Made by a program: the position numbers and the translations under genes. DNA of 59,850 nt, filler included, from Nitrospinae bacterium RIFCSPLOWO2_12_FULL_45_22 (GTDB lineage: Bacteria > 2-12-FULL-45-22): the NCBI GenBank assembly GCA_001803565.1. It is 7 parts of 7 records of this genome, joined end to end, with 100 filler letters (N's around TTAATTAATTAA, not from the genome) between each part and the next. Parts side by side here need not be neighbours in the genome. Positions count along the whole stretch, not along the records: positions 24,275 to 48,281 come from MHDQ01000174.1; 6 more parts are not named here. One strand, 5' to 3'. Positions 28,623 through 37,091 of this stretch are shown here, piece by piece. The notes under the pieces are model-generated. The model saw only the letters and a program-made list of their open reading frames with translations, was not told the DNA's origin and did not search any database. Position 1 is the stretch's first letter. Every line of letters starts with the position of its first letter.

Positions 28623-30964
28623 TGAAAATTCCTATACGATCTAGTTAAGGAATTCCGGCCTAGGCGAGGCCTAATCAAAAAGAGTAAGGCTGGAACCAAG
28701 CTTACGGCGGCCAAGGCATTGATAAACATCATTAGAGATAGCAGTATAGCCATTTCTGCCTGAAAGCGGATACTGGATAGAAAATACCAAAATATAATCG
28801 CGCCTATCAAGCAAAGGGCCGTGAAAGTAACGGCCATTCCGCTGGTAGTAATAGCTTTTTGGATGGCGGTTGTGAGATCCTGTCCCATTTTTTTGTATTC
28901 CTGCCTTGCTCTATCCATAATATACACAGCATAATCAACTCCCACACCGATTCCTAAAGCTGTCACGGGAAGGGTATTTATATTCATGCCAATATCAGCT
29001 AGTACCATATAAGCTGTACAGATGAAAGTAGCCATAACCAGAGGGGCGATTATCAATAAAGTAGCAGTGATAGAAGAATAGCTGATAAAGATGCATAAAA
29101 ATACCATGGCCAGCACCAGGATCAAATTCCATCGGTTAGATTTAGCTATCATTTCATTAGTACCAGCTAAGACCCCTATTATACCTCCGGCTAATTTAAA
29201 ACTGATATCGTTAGTGGGGTAGCTTTTGATAAAATCCTGGGCCTGGCTTATAACTTTTTTAATAGTATCAGGCCGGGTATCTTTGTAATACATGGTTATT
29301 TTAGCCTCTTTGGCCTTCATATCTATATAAGAAGAAAGGACTCGGGGCACGGTTGATCCACATTCGTATAAAAAAAGGAGCCCGCCTACTTCGGATAAAG
29401 TACCAGGCACCATAGCCCATTTAGGATCGTCGTAATGCCATATTTTATTAACAGCCTTTACTAAGGTTGCTATACTTATTCCTCCTCCAGCGCTCGGGTT
29501 TTTTAATAAATGAGCCTGAAATTTTTCCATAATAGAAAGAACCCTCGGTTCTTTCATAATAAAGGGATGATCGCCCGATAGGATTATATGGAGTTGATTT
29601 GCTCCAATAAAGTTTTGGTTAAGCCAGGCGGAAGCTTTATTATACTCCGAGTCAGGATATAGCAAGGATGAGCCAGGCCGATTGTCTCCGATGATGAGTT
29701 TGGGGCTTATGGCTGAAGATAGTCCCAGCAAAACCATTGCTATTATCAATATTAACCAACATCCTCGGCGGTTAGTAGAGAAAGCTGCCATATGCTTCAG
29801 ATAAGCTGCTATAGGTTTGACCTTGTACCGGGTTCTTTTTTTAGGGGCTGGGAGTAAGGATATTAATAAGGGTGTTAAGATCAAAACGGAAACAATGATG
29901 CTTAGCGCCCAAAAGGCGCAAAAAAAAGCTAATTTTCTCATCACTGGTATAGAGGCTACAGCCATAATCAATATCCCACCAGCATCGGTAATTACTCCCA
30001 CCGTGCCGGGGAGGAAAAGCTCCCCCATAGCTAGAATAGCTGAACTTTCCTTATCGCCGGTAATTTCGTATTCTTCCAAAAAACGTTCCGTTACTTGGAC
30101 AGAATGGCTGATACAGCGGGCCGTAATAATTAGAGGAATTACCAAGGTAAGGGGATCGAAATTATAACCCATCATGCTAGCAAAACCTAATCCCCAGAGA
30201 CAACTCACTGTCGCTCCCACTAATGGGACGACAACACCCACTGACCTCCTAAAATAGAAGGTTAGAAGTAATGCCAGAACCAGCATAGTAATCATCAAGA
30301 TAAATAAGGTTTGGGGATAGTAATGATCAACCCAGCCATAAAGCATGGGCTGTCCCGTAATGTATAATCGGGTGTTTTTATCCTCCACCTGTTTTTGTAA
30401 TTCTTTCAGTCTAGCAAAGAGGTCTCCATAATCTACTCTGCCTTCCAAAAAGCCCGCCGTGATTAAGGCAGCTTTCCCATCAAAAGAAATAAGCCTGCCA
30501 TAAACTGCTTCATTACTAAAACACTGGGTTCTCAATCTTGCTAACTCCATAGGGGTTTCAGGGATTTTATCAGGCAGTAATAGCTCAGAATATACCATAC
30601 CTATTAAGGTTGTCCTTACACTTCGGGTATTGATGTGGGCTAATGAATCAACCTGATAATGATCTATACCGGGAAGGAAGTCCATTTGCTCGGTAAGGTA
30701 TTTGATCTTGGACAATGTTGTAGGGTTAAAGATATCTCCAGTTTTAACCTCCAGGGCTACGGTTAATAAATTTGCTCCACCAAATTTGTCCTTGACTTCC
30801 TGATGTACCTTAATAAAGGGGTGATTTGCCGGGAGCAAGTCTTCAAATTTAGAATAGAGGGAAAGTTTTAGCAGATGGTAAGAGAAAAAGATGGTGGTTA
30901 AAAAGATAACCAGTAAGGTTAGTAACCGATGTTTCATAATCCATAGGGCAAATCTTAAGCTCAT
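28559..30964 (-). CDS. RND superfamily / MMPL-family transporter
   Basis: Two repeats of periplasmic loop plus TM bundle; KFGGAN, GIGVGVDYAVY. Confidence 0.9.
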   Translation of the reverse strand: MSLRFALWIMKHRLLTLLVIFLTTIFFSYHLLKLSLYSKFEDLLPANHPFIKVHQEVKDKFGGANLLTVALEVKTGDIFNPTTLSKIKYLTEQMDFLPGIDHYQVDSLAHINTRSVRTTLIGMVYSELLLPDKIPETPMELARLRTQCFSNEAVYGRLISFDGKAALITAGFLEGRVDYGDLFARLKELQKQVEDKNTRLYITGQPMLYGWVDHYYPQTLFILMITMLVLALLLTFYFRRSVGVVVPLVGATVSCLWGLGFASMMGYNFDPLTLVIPLIITARCISHSVQVTERFLEEYEITGDKESSAILAMGELFLPGTVGVITDAGGILIMAVASIPVMRKLAFFCAFWALSIIVSVLILTPLLISLLPAPKKRTRYKVKPIAAYLKHMAAFSTNRRGCWLILIIAMVLLGLSSAISPKLIIGDNRPGSSLLYPDSEYNKASAWLNQNFIGANQLHIILSGDHPFIMKEPRVLSIMEKFQAHLLKNPSAGGGISIATLVKAVNKIWHYDDPKWAMVPGTLSEVGGLLFLYECGSTVPRVLSSYIDMKAKEAKITMYYKDTRPDTIKKVISQAQDFIKSYPTNDISFKLAGGIIGVLAGTNEMIAKSNRWNLILVLAMVFLCIFISYSSITATLLIIAPLVMATFICTAYMVLADIGMNINTLPVTALGIGVGVDYAVYIMDRARQEYKKMGQDLTTAIQKAITTSGMAVTFTALCLIGAIIFWYFLSSIRFQAEMAILLSLMMFINALAAVSLVPALLFLIRPRLGRNSLTRSYRNFHFFDRIYRIKHDKYKSVRKGG

Positions 30965-31127
30965 ACCTGACAGAGTAAACTCCTCTATTAGCTCTTCTAT
31001 TAAATGTTATAGCGCCTCATATTTTTAGTTTGATATTGCCCCATTATTGTTGGGGATCCCCTCTATAAGCTTGTCTCTATAAAGACGGACACAATATCCT
31101 ACCCCTACAGCACGGAATCGGATAATG

Positions 31128-32141
31128 TCAGCCTAAATATGCCTTTTCTAAGATCGTATTAAACAAGGGGCTGAGGGCCTGATAAGAGAAAGAGGTTTCT
31201 ATTTTTTCCCGGGCGGCCCGGCCCATCTGTAGCCGCAGTCCTGGATTTTCGATTAAGAGAGTCAGCTTCTCTAACCACTCCTGAGGTTGCGACACTAAGA
31301 AGCCTTCTATTCCATTGGCTACTATGTCCCTATTAGCCTCGGTAACAGTGGCTACTACAGGCATACCTAGCGCCATATATTTCAGGAGTTTAAAGCCACA
31401 TTTACCCCTTGACCATAGATCATCACCCAGGGGCATTAGGCCAATATCAAAACTCCCTATCTCTTCTACCTCTTCTTCTTCCCGCCAATACTTATGGATT
31501 GCCCTTACTCCTGGTAGCTCAGGAAATTTCTGGCTGATGATCTTTAGCGCCACCTGGGGGTATTTTTGGGTTATTTTTTCCAACACATCTCCCAGCCTCT
31601 GCAAATAGGGAATGTTGCCGGGACTGCCATACCAGCCTATAATAATCTGATCTCCCGGGGCTCTAGTAGCTCGATAATTGTATCTATCAGTATCTACCGG
31701 GGTAGGTAAGGGATAAACGTTCTTATTGAATCTAAGGGCTTCTTGCTGCAAGAAAGAGTTGCCCGCAATAATTGTCTGACAATACACCATCATCCGCTGG
31801 AAATTTTTATAACTATTCCTAACCTTAAGGGATAGTGCTTTTTTGGTATTAAGGGAGGGGTCCAGAGCGGGGTACATGATGGCATCGTCAAAATCAAATA
31901 CAATCCGGGGATTTAAGGCCCTCAGTAAGCTTATTTCCCAGATGTGCAAGAGCTTTTTTTGGATAAAGATGCCCTGGTAGGCCATGGCCTTCGTTAAAAT
32001 CCATAGCCGCTTCAAGGGTGTTTTAGGCAGATAAGCCAAATCCCACTGCCAACGGCAAGGATCAAGTCGTTTCAGGTGTTCTAACACCCTCAGCTTTGTA
32101 CTAGGCAGATCTTTTCCCGCTAACAAAAAGAGTATCTTCAT
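31128..32141 (-). CDS. Glycosyltransferase family 4
   Basis: VFDFDDAI, IGWYGS, FDIGLMPL, GKCGFKLLKYMALGMPVV. Confidence 0.9.
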   Translation of the reverse strand: MKILFLLAGKDLPSTKLRVLEHLKRLDPCRWQWDLAYLPKTPLKRLWILTKAMAYQGIFIQKKLLHIWEISLLRALNPRIVFDFDDAIMYPALDPSLNTKKALSLKVRNSYKNFQRMMVYCQTIIAGNSFLQQEALRFNKNVYPLPTPVDTDRYNYRATRAPGDQIIIGWYGSPGNIPYLQRLGDVLEKITQKYPQVALKIISQKFPELPGVRAIHKYWREEEEVEEIGSFDIGLMPLGDDLWSRGKCGFKLLKYMALGMPVVATVTEANRDIVANGIEGFLVSQPQEWLEKLTLLIENPGLRLQMGRAAREKIETSFSYQALSPLFNTILEKAYLG

Positions 32142-32151
32142 GTCCGTTATT

Positions 32152-32805
32152 CTAAAGAGGTTTCCGGCCCACTATCAGGATTGAGCGGGCAAAATCTATC
32201 CCCAGGTATCTGTGTAATGGAGCGGCCAGGTATAGCCTGAATAATCGTGGGATGAAGGGGGCATTATATACCCTATAAATCCCTTCTATCTGATACCCTA
32301 GAGAGAGTATAAGACCACCCAGCTCATCGTAGCGATATGGGGTTTTATGGGAAATATCCCAGAAGCGGGTAGGGTGATAGAGATTAGGAGTAGATAGGAT
32401 CAGCCAACCCCCTTTATTTAACAAAAGAAAGACCCGGCCCAGCAGTCCAAGCCCCTCCTCCAGGGGCAGATGTTCTATAACTTCTAATAAGAGAATGATG
32501 TTAAAGGTCTCCTTAATCTCTTCTAAACAATAATAGTCCTGATAATTAGCCCGGTCAGTATCCATACTCCGGTAAAAAATATCAGTGGATAATTGCTTTA
32601 GCTTAACTTCCCGGCTGCGGTCATAGGCCCCTATATCCAGGATATTCTCACCATTTTTGACTTTTTGGGCTATTAGTCCATGGACATTTTTGATGACTTT
32701 CAGCCGCCAAAAATTTGGGAATTGTTTTCTTATAGCAAGTCTTTCCTTCTGCAACTCACTCCAGTTCATATAATTCCCCACGCCAGCTATACTTAACCTG
32801 GTCAT
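32152..32805 (-). CDS. Class I SAM-dependent methyltransferase
   Basis: ILDIGA, EVIEHL, LNKGGWLILSTPN. Confidence 0.85.
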   Translation of the reverse strand: MTRLSIAGVGNYMNWSELQKERLAIRKQFPNFWRLKVIKNVHGLIAQKVKNGENILDIGAYDRSREVKLKQLSTDIFYRSMDTDRANYQDYYCLEEIKETFNIILLLEVIEHLPLEEGLGLLGRVFLLLNKGGWLILSTPNLYHPTRFWDISHKTPYRYDELGGLILSLGYQIEGIYRVYNAPFIPRLFRLYLAAPLHRYLGIDFARSILIVGRKPL

Positions 32806-33027
32806 AAATTGTTACTTTCCAAAAAAGGATTCAGGCGAGATGCCTGATCTGGTCTCAATGTTATTTGATAAAAACAGCCTGAGTATCCGGCTGGGAAAAA
32901 GCTAGCTGAAAAGTATAGACCCATCCTATTTTATACTAAAAAGCGGGTAGTGCAAGGACAATGGTAGGCATCGAGTTTTCTGTCGTGAGGCTCCCCCCTA
33001 TCCCGATTAGACCCTCTCGACAATAAA

Positions 33028-33064
33028 TTGACATAAGCACAGTAACTGACTATAATTATAGTCA
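33028..33064 (+). promoter_or_regulatory. Consensus sigma70 promoter with overlapping palindromic operator
   Basis: TTGACA(33028)-17 nt-TATAAT(33051); perfect 18-bp palindrome TGACTATAATTATAGTCA at 33047-33064. Confidence 0.85.
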
Positions 33065-33066
33065 TA

Positions 33067-33390
33067 ATGGTGCGACGGTCAAAATTTCTCCTGATTTATG
33101 CTCCAGTAACGAAATTACACCTCAAGGCAATTGAGCGAAAGTATTATTCACTTATTCGCACCACTATCGAAGAAGAGTTGCGGTTTGATCCAGATGTTGA
33201 AACCAAGAATCGAAAGCCATTGAAACGGCACGTAACATTCGAAGTAGAATGGGAGCTTCGCCTTGGCCCAAACAATAGATTTAGAGTGTTCTACGACATA
33301 GATATGGATTTTCATAGGGCTCACATATTGGCGATTGGAGTAAAGGAGAATGATCATTTATTTATTGGCGGAAAGGAGGTTAAGGTATGA
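33067..33390 (+). CDS. Type II TA toxin, RelE/ParE superfamily
   Basis: WELRLGPNNRFRVFYDI...ILAIGVK; overlaps the antitoxin by ATGA. Confidence 0.85.
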   Translation: MVRRSKFLLIYAPVTKLHLKAIERKYYSLIRTTIEEELRFDPDVETKNRKPLKRHVTFEVEWELRLGPNNRFRVFYDIDMDFHRAHILAIGVKENDHLFIGGKEVKV

Positions 33391-33653
33391 AAATTGCATC
33401 TGTAGCAGATGTGAAAGCTCATTTCAGCGCCTTTTTAAAAGAAAGTAAAGAGGGCCCCGTGGTAGTCACCCTAAATGGCCGTCCAACAGCAGTATTGCTT
33501 TCAGTTGAAGACGAAGATGAAATAGAGCGTTTGTCATTAGCTTATTCGCCCAAGTTTCAGAAAATATTAAATTCAGCCAGACGGCAGATTCGTGCTGGTA
33601 GCGGCATCCGACATGAGGATTTTTGGAGAGAAGTAGATGATGATGACAAATGA
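33387..33653 (+). CDS. Type II TA antitoxin, Phd/YefM family
   Basis: VADVKAHFSAFL...GPVVVTLNGRPTAVLLS; acidic tail. Confidence 0.9.
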   Translation: MKIASVADVKAHFSAFLKESKEGPVVVTLNGRPTAVLLSVEDEDEIERLSLAYSPKFQKILNSARRQIRAGSGIRHEDFWREVDDDDK

Positions 33654-33723
33654 GGCCTAAATTACAAATAGGTCTACTGAGTCGCTGAAGCTGACGTCAA
33701 AACCGTGGGCGTGAATTTTAGAT

Positions 33724-36081
33724 TTAAGTGTTTAGGGGGGGTTGCAGGGCTACTTTTAAAACTTCATCCACCTTATCTGCAAAGCAGAAGTCTAACCCTG
33801 ATCGAATGTGGGCCGGGATATCCTCGAGGTCTTTATTATTCTGTTTAGGTAGTATGACCGTTTTGATACCTGCCCCCTTAGCAGCCAGGACCTTCTCTTT
33901 TATCCCCCCTACGGGTAAGAGCTTGCCCCTTAAGGTTATCTCTCCGGTCATAGCTGTATCGTTCTTCACGGGCCGGCCCGTGAGCAAAGAAGCCAGGGCA
34001 ACCAGTATAGTAACGCCGGCTGAAGGGCCATCTTTTGGGACTGCACCCGAGGGTACATGGATATGGATGTCATAATTATCAAAAAAGTCTTCCGGTATTT
34101 GCAGGGTCTGGGCCTTGGAACGAATATAGGTCAAGGCAGCCTGGGCCGACTCTTTCATTACATCACCTAGTTGACCTGTCAGAGAGAGATTCTTTTGTCC
34201 CCTCATCTTAGTAGCCTCAACAAAGATAATATTACCGCCAGCCGGGGTCCAGGCCAGACCAGTAGCCACACCAGGGACAGTTTTACGCTCAGCAATCTCC
34301 GGAAAGAACTTAATAGGTCCCAGGAAATCGGCCACTCTCTTGGGAGTAATTACTATGGTATCTTTTTTGCCTTGAGCTACCTCTTTCGCCACTGCCCGGC
34401 AGATAGTAGCTATCTCTCGCTCCAGATTCCGTAGCCCTGCCTCCCGGGTATACTCAGTAATAATCTTATCTAAAGAACCATCTTCAAAAGTCAGCAATTC
34501 TTCGGTAAGGCCATGCTCTTTTAATTGCCGGGGGATTAAAAATTTTTTAGCAATCATTATCTTCTCTTCCTTGGTGTAGCCGGGTAGCTCTAACACCTCC
34601 ATCCGATCCCGTAGAGGCGCTGGTATGGGGTCCAGGATGTTGGCTGTGGTGATAAACATGACCCTGGAGAGATCAAAATCTGCATCTAGATAATGGTCAG
34701 AAAAAGAAAAGTTTTGCTCTGGGTCCAGCACTTCCAGTAAGGCCGCCGTAGGGTCGCCCCGAAAATCGGTTCCTACCTTATCTATCTCGTCCAGCATAAA
34801 CACCGGGTTATTAGAACCGGCCTTCTTTATCCCCTGAATAATCCTACCAGGTAAGGCCCCTACATAAGTGCGGCGGTGTCCGCGAATCTCTGCCTCGTCC
34901 CGTATGCCGCCAAGGGAGAGCCGGACAAATTTCCTCCCCAGGGCCCGGGCAATAGACTTACCCAGTGAGGTCTTACCTACCCCCGGTGGCCCTACAAAGC
35001 AGAGGATAGGACCCTTCATATCCTTCTTGAGTTTCCTGACAGCGAGATATTCCAAAATCCGTTTCTTTATTTTCTCCAGGTTGTAATGATCCTCTTCCAA
35101 GACTTGTTGGGCAGAAGGAATATCCAGATTATCCTCCGTGGATATAGCCCAGGGCATCTCTATCAGCCAGTCGAGATAGGTACGGGCAACGGTATACTCT
35201 GCGGCTGCGGGTGGGATCTTGGCCAGACGATTCAATTCTTTTAAGCTCTGTTTTTCTACTTCAGGGGGCATCTGGGCCTTTACAATTTTTTCTCTGAGCT
35301 CCTCTATTTCACGGCCCCTGTCTTCACCCTCCCCCAGCTCTTTTTGAATAGCTCTCAGTTGCTCCCGTAAATAATAATCCCGCTGACTCTTCTCCATTTC
35401 CCCTTTCACCTGGGAGTGAATCTTGGTGCCAATCTCCAATATATCTAACTCGCGGTTTAACAAGACCGTAATCTTCTCCAGTCTCTTCCTGACATCTAAG
35501 GTCTCCAAAATATCCTGCTTTTCCTCAGTACTAATGTTAATATTGCTAGCCACAAAATCTGCCAGGCCATTTGGGTCTTCAATATTAATAATCATCATAC
35601 CTACTTCTTTAGGCAGATTAGTAGCCACCTCTATCGCCTTCTGAAATAGGTTCTTGATGTTCACCATAAGCGCATCAGTCTCCAGATCCCGCTCTACTGT
35701 CTCAGGGATAATTTCTATTCTGGCCTTAAAATATGGCTCTTCTTGGATAAACTCTCCGAGCTTTATTCTAGATAGTCCCTCTACCAATGCCCGGACTGTC
35801 CCATCGGGCATTTTAACCATCTTCATGATATAAGCGGCAGTACCCATAGAGTAGAGATGCTCAACCCTGGTCTCTTTTTCCTGCGGCTCCCGGGTCGTTA
35901 TTACTCCCATGACCTTATCTGTATTTAATACGGTATCAATAAGATTGAGGGATTTGGGCTGGCCAATTAGCAGGGGCATGACCATCTTGGGAAATAATAC
36001 CGTATCTTTTAGAGGCAATATCGGTAATGTTTCCGGAATTTGGATATTATCTCTCACAAATTGTTCGCTGCTCTCTGACAA
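33724..36081 (-). CDS. lon: ATP-dependent protease La
   Basis: LON N domain, GPPGVGKTS, LDEIDK, PKDGPSAG, GGIKEK. Confidence 0.98.
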   Translation of the reverse strand: MSESSEQFVRDNIQIPETLPILPLKDTVLFPKMVMPLLIGQPKSLNLIDTVLNTDKVMGVITTREPQEKETRVEHLYSMGTAAYIMKMVKMPDGTVRALVEGLSRIKLGEFIQEEPYFKARIEIIPETVERDLETDALMVNIKNLFQKAIEVATNLPKEVGMMIINIEDPNGLADFVASNINISTEEKQDILETLDVRKRLEKITVLLNRELDILEIGTKIHSQVKGEMEKSQRDYYLREQLRAIQKELGEGEDRGREIEELREKIVKAQMPPEVEKQSLKELNRLAKIPPAAAEYTVARTYLDWLIEMPWAISTEDNLDIPSAQQVLEEDHYNLEKIKKRILEYLAVRKLKKDMKGPILCFVGPPGVGKTSLGKSIARALGRKFVRLSLGGIRDEAEIRGHRRTYVGALPGRIIQGIKKAGSNNPVFMLDEIDKVGTDFRGDPTAALLEVLDPEQNFSFSDHYLDADFDLSRVMFITTANILDPIPAPLRDRMEVLELPGYTKEEKIMIAKKFLIPRQLKEHGLTEELLTFEDGSLDKIITEYTREAGLRNLEREIATICRAVAKEVAQGKKDTIVITPKRVADFLGPIKFFPEIAERKTVPGVATGLAWTPAGGNIIFVEATKMRGQKNLSLTGQLGDVMKESAQAALTYIRSKAQTLQIPEDFFDNYDIHIHVPSGAVPKDGPSAGVTILVALASLLTGRPVKNDTAMTGEITLRGKLLPVGGIKEKVLAAKGAGIKTVILPKQNNKDLEDIPAHIRSGLDFCFADKVDEVLKVALQPPLNT

Positions 36082-36110
36082 AACTATCCCCCCTTTTTTG
36101 CATCCTTCAT

Positions 36111-36194
36111 TGGTTAATGGTTAATGGTTATTAGTTATTGGTTACTGGTCTTTGGTTACTGGTCTTTGCTCTTTGATCTTGGTTCTTTGCTCTT
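36111..36194. repeat. Tandem array of 12 degenerate heptamers
   Basis: tggttaa tggttaa tggttat tagttat tggttac tggtctt tggttac tggtctt tgctctt tgatctt ggttctt tgctctt. Confidence 0.85.
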
Positions 36195-36266
36195 ATTAAT
36201 ATATTATCTTGTTAATCAAGGATTATCAAGCATTTGTAAAATTTGTACGGGTAATGGCTATCAGAT

Positions 36267-37085
36267 TTATTTTTGGCAGGTAGGGCAGTAGTAGGTGCTG
36301 CGGTTAGCAAGTTTAGTGCGGACGATCCTGGTAGTGCAATGAGAGCAGGCCTCTCCTTCTCGCAGATACACCTTTAAAAAATGCTTATAGTTTCCCTCTT
36401 TACCCTCTACATCCAGGTAATCAGAAAAAGAGGTCCCGCGGTGTTCTATAGCGGCCCGCAGGACCCCCTGCATAGCTTGCCGGAGCCTCTTAATCTCTTC
36501 CATCCTCAACTGGTTAGCGCTCCGTAGGGGCTTGATGCCAGCATGGAATAGTATCTCTGAGGCATATATGTTGCCGATCCCAGCTATGCGTTTCTGGTCC
36601 AGCAAAAAGTCTTTTATTGCCCGACGGCTCTTGCTCAACAGATGTGCCAGGCGCTGCCAGGTAAAACCAGCATCTAAAGGGTCTGGCCCCAGGCCCATAA
36701 CAAATGGGATCTGCTCGGGCTCAATGCCTTCATATAATTGAAGGCGGCCAAACTGCCTCTGGTCATGATAAATCAATTGGCCGCCCTGCGAAAAAGAGAA
36801 TAGGACATGGGTATGTTTATCTACCGGGGCAGTGTCGGGATAAAATATCAGCCTACCGGTCATACCTAGATTTACCATTAGATAGGCCTTTTGTCCCGTC
36901 TGCATTATTATAGCCTTACCCTGCCGTTCCACTCGACGGATAGCTCTGTCCTTTAGCTTATTCCTAAAAGGGTCACTGTTTATCACCATTTTAGGCTCAA
37001 GTACCTGGACTTCTTTTATTATGCGCCCCAATACCTTTCCCCTGAGACCCTTAACAATAGTTTCTACTTCGGGCAGTTCTGGCAA
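36267..37085 (-). CDS. mutM: Formamidopyrimidine-DNA glycosylase
   Basis: PELPEVE, LGMTG, LLDQ..IAGIGNIYASE, C-terminal CxxC...CxxC zinc finger. Confidence 0.96.
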   Translation of the reverse strand: MPELPEVETIVKGLRGKVLGRIIKEVQVLEPKMVINSDPFRNKLKDRAIRRVERQGKAIIMQTGQKAYLMVNLGMTGRLIFYPDTAPVDKHTHVLFSFSQGGQLIYHDQRQFGRLQLYEGIEPEQIPFVMGLGPDPLDAGFTWQRLAHLLSKSRRAIKDFLLDQKRIAGIGNIYASEILFHAGIKPLRSANQLRMEEIKRLRQAMQGVLRAAIEHRGTSFSDYLDVEGKEGNYKHFLKVYLREGEACSHCTTRIVRTKLANRSTYYCPTCQK

Positions 37086-37091
37086 CTTCTG

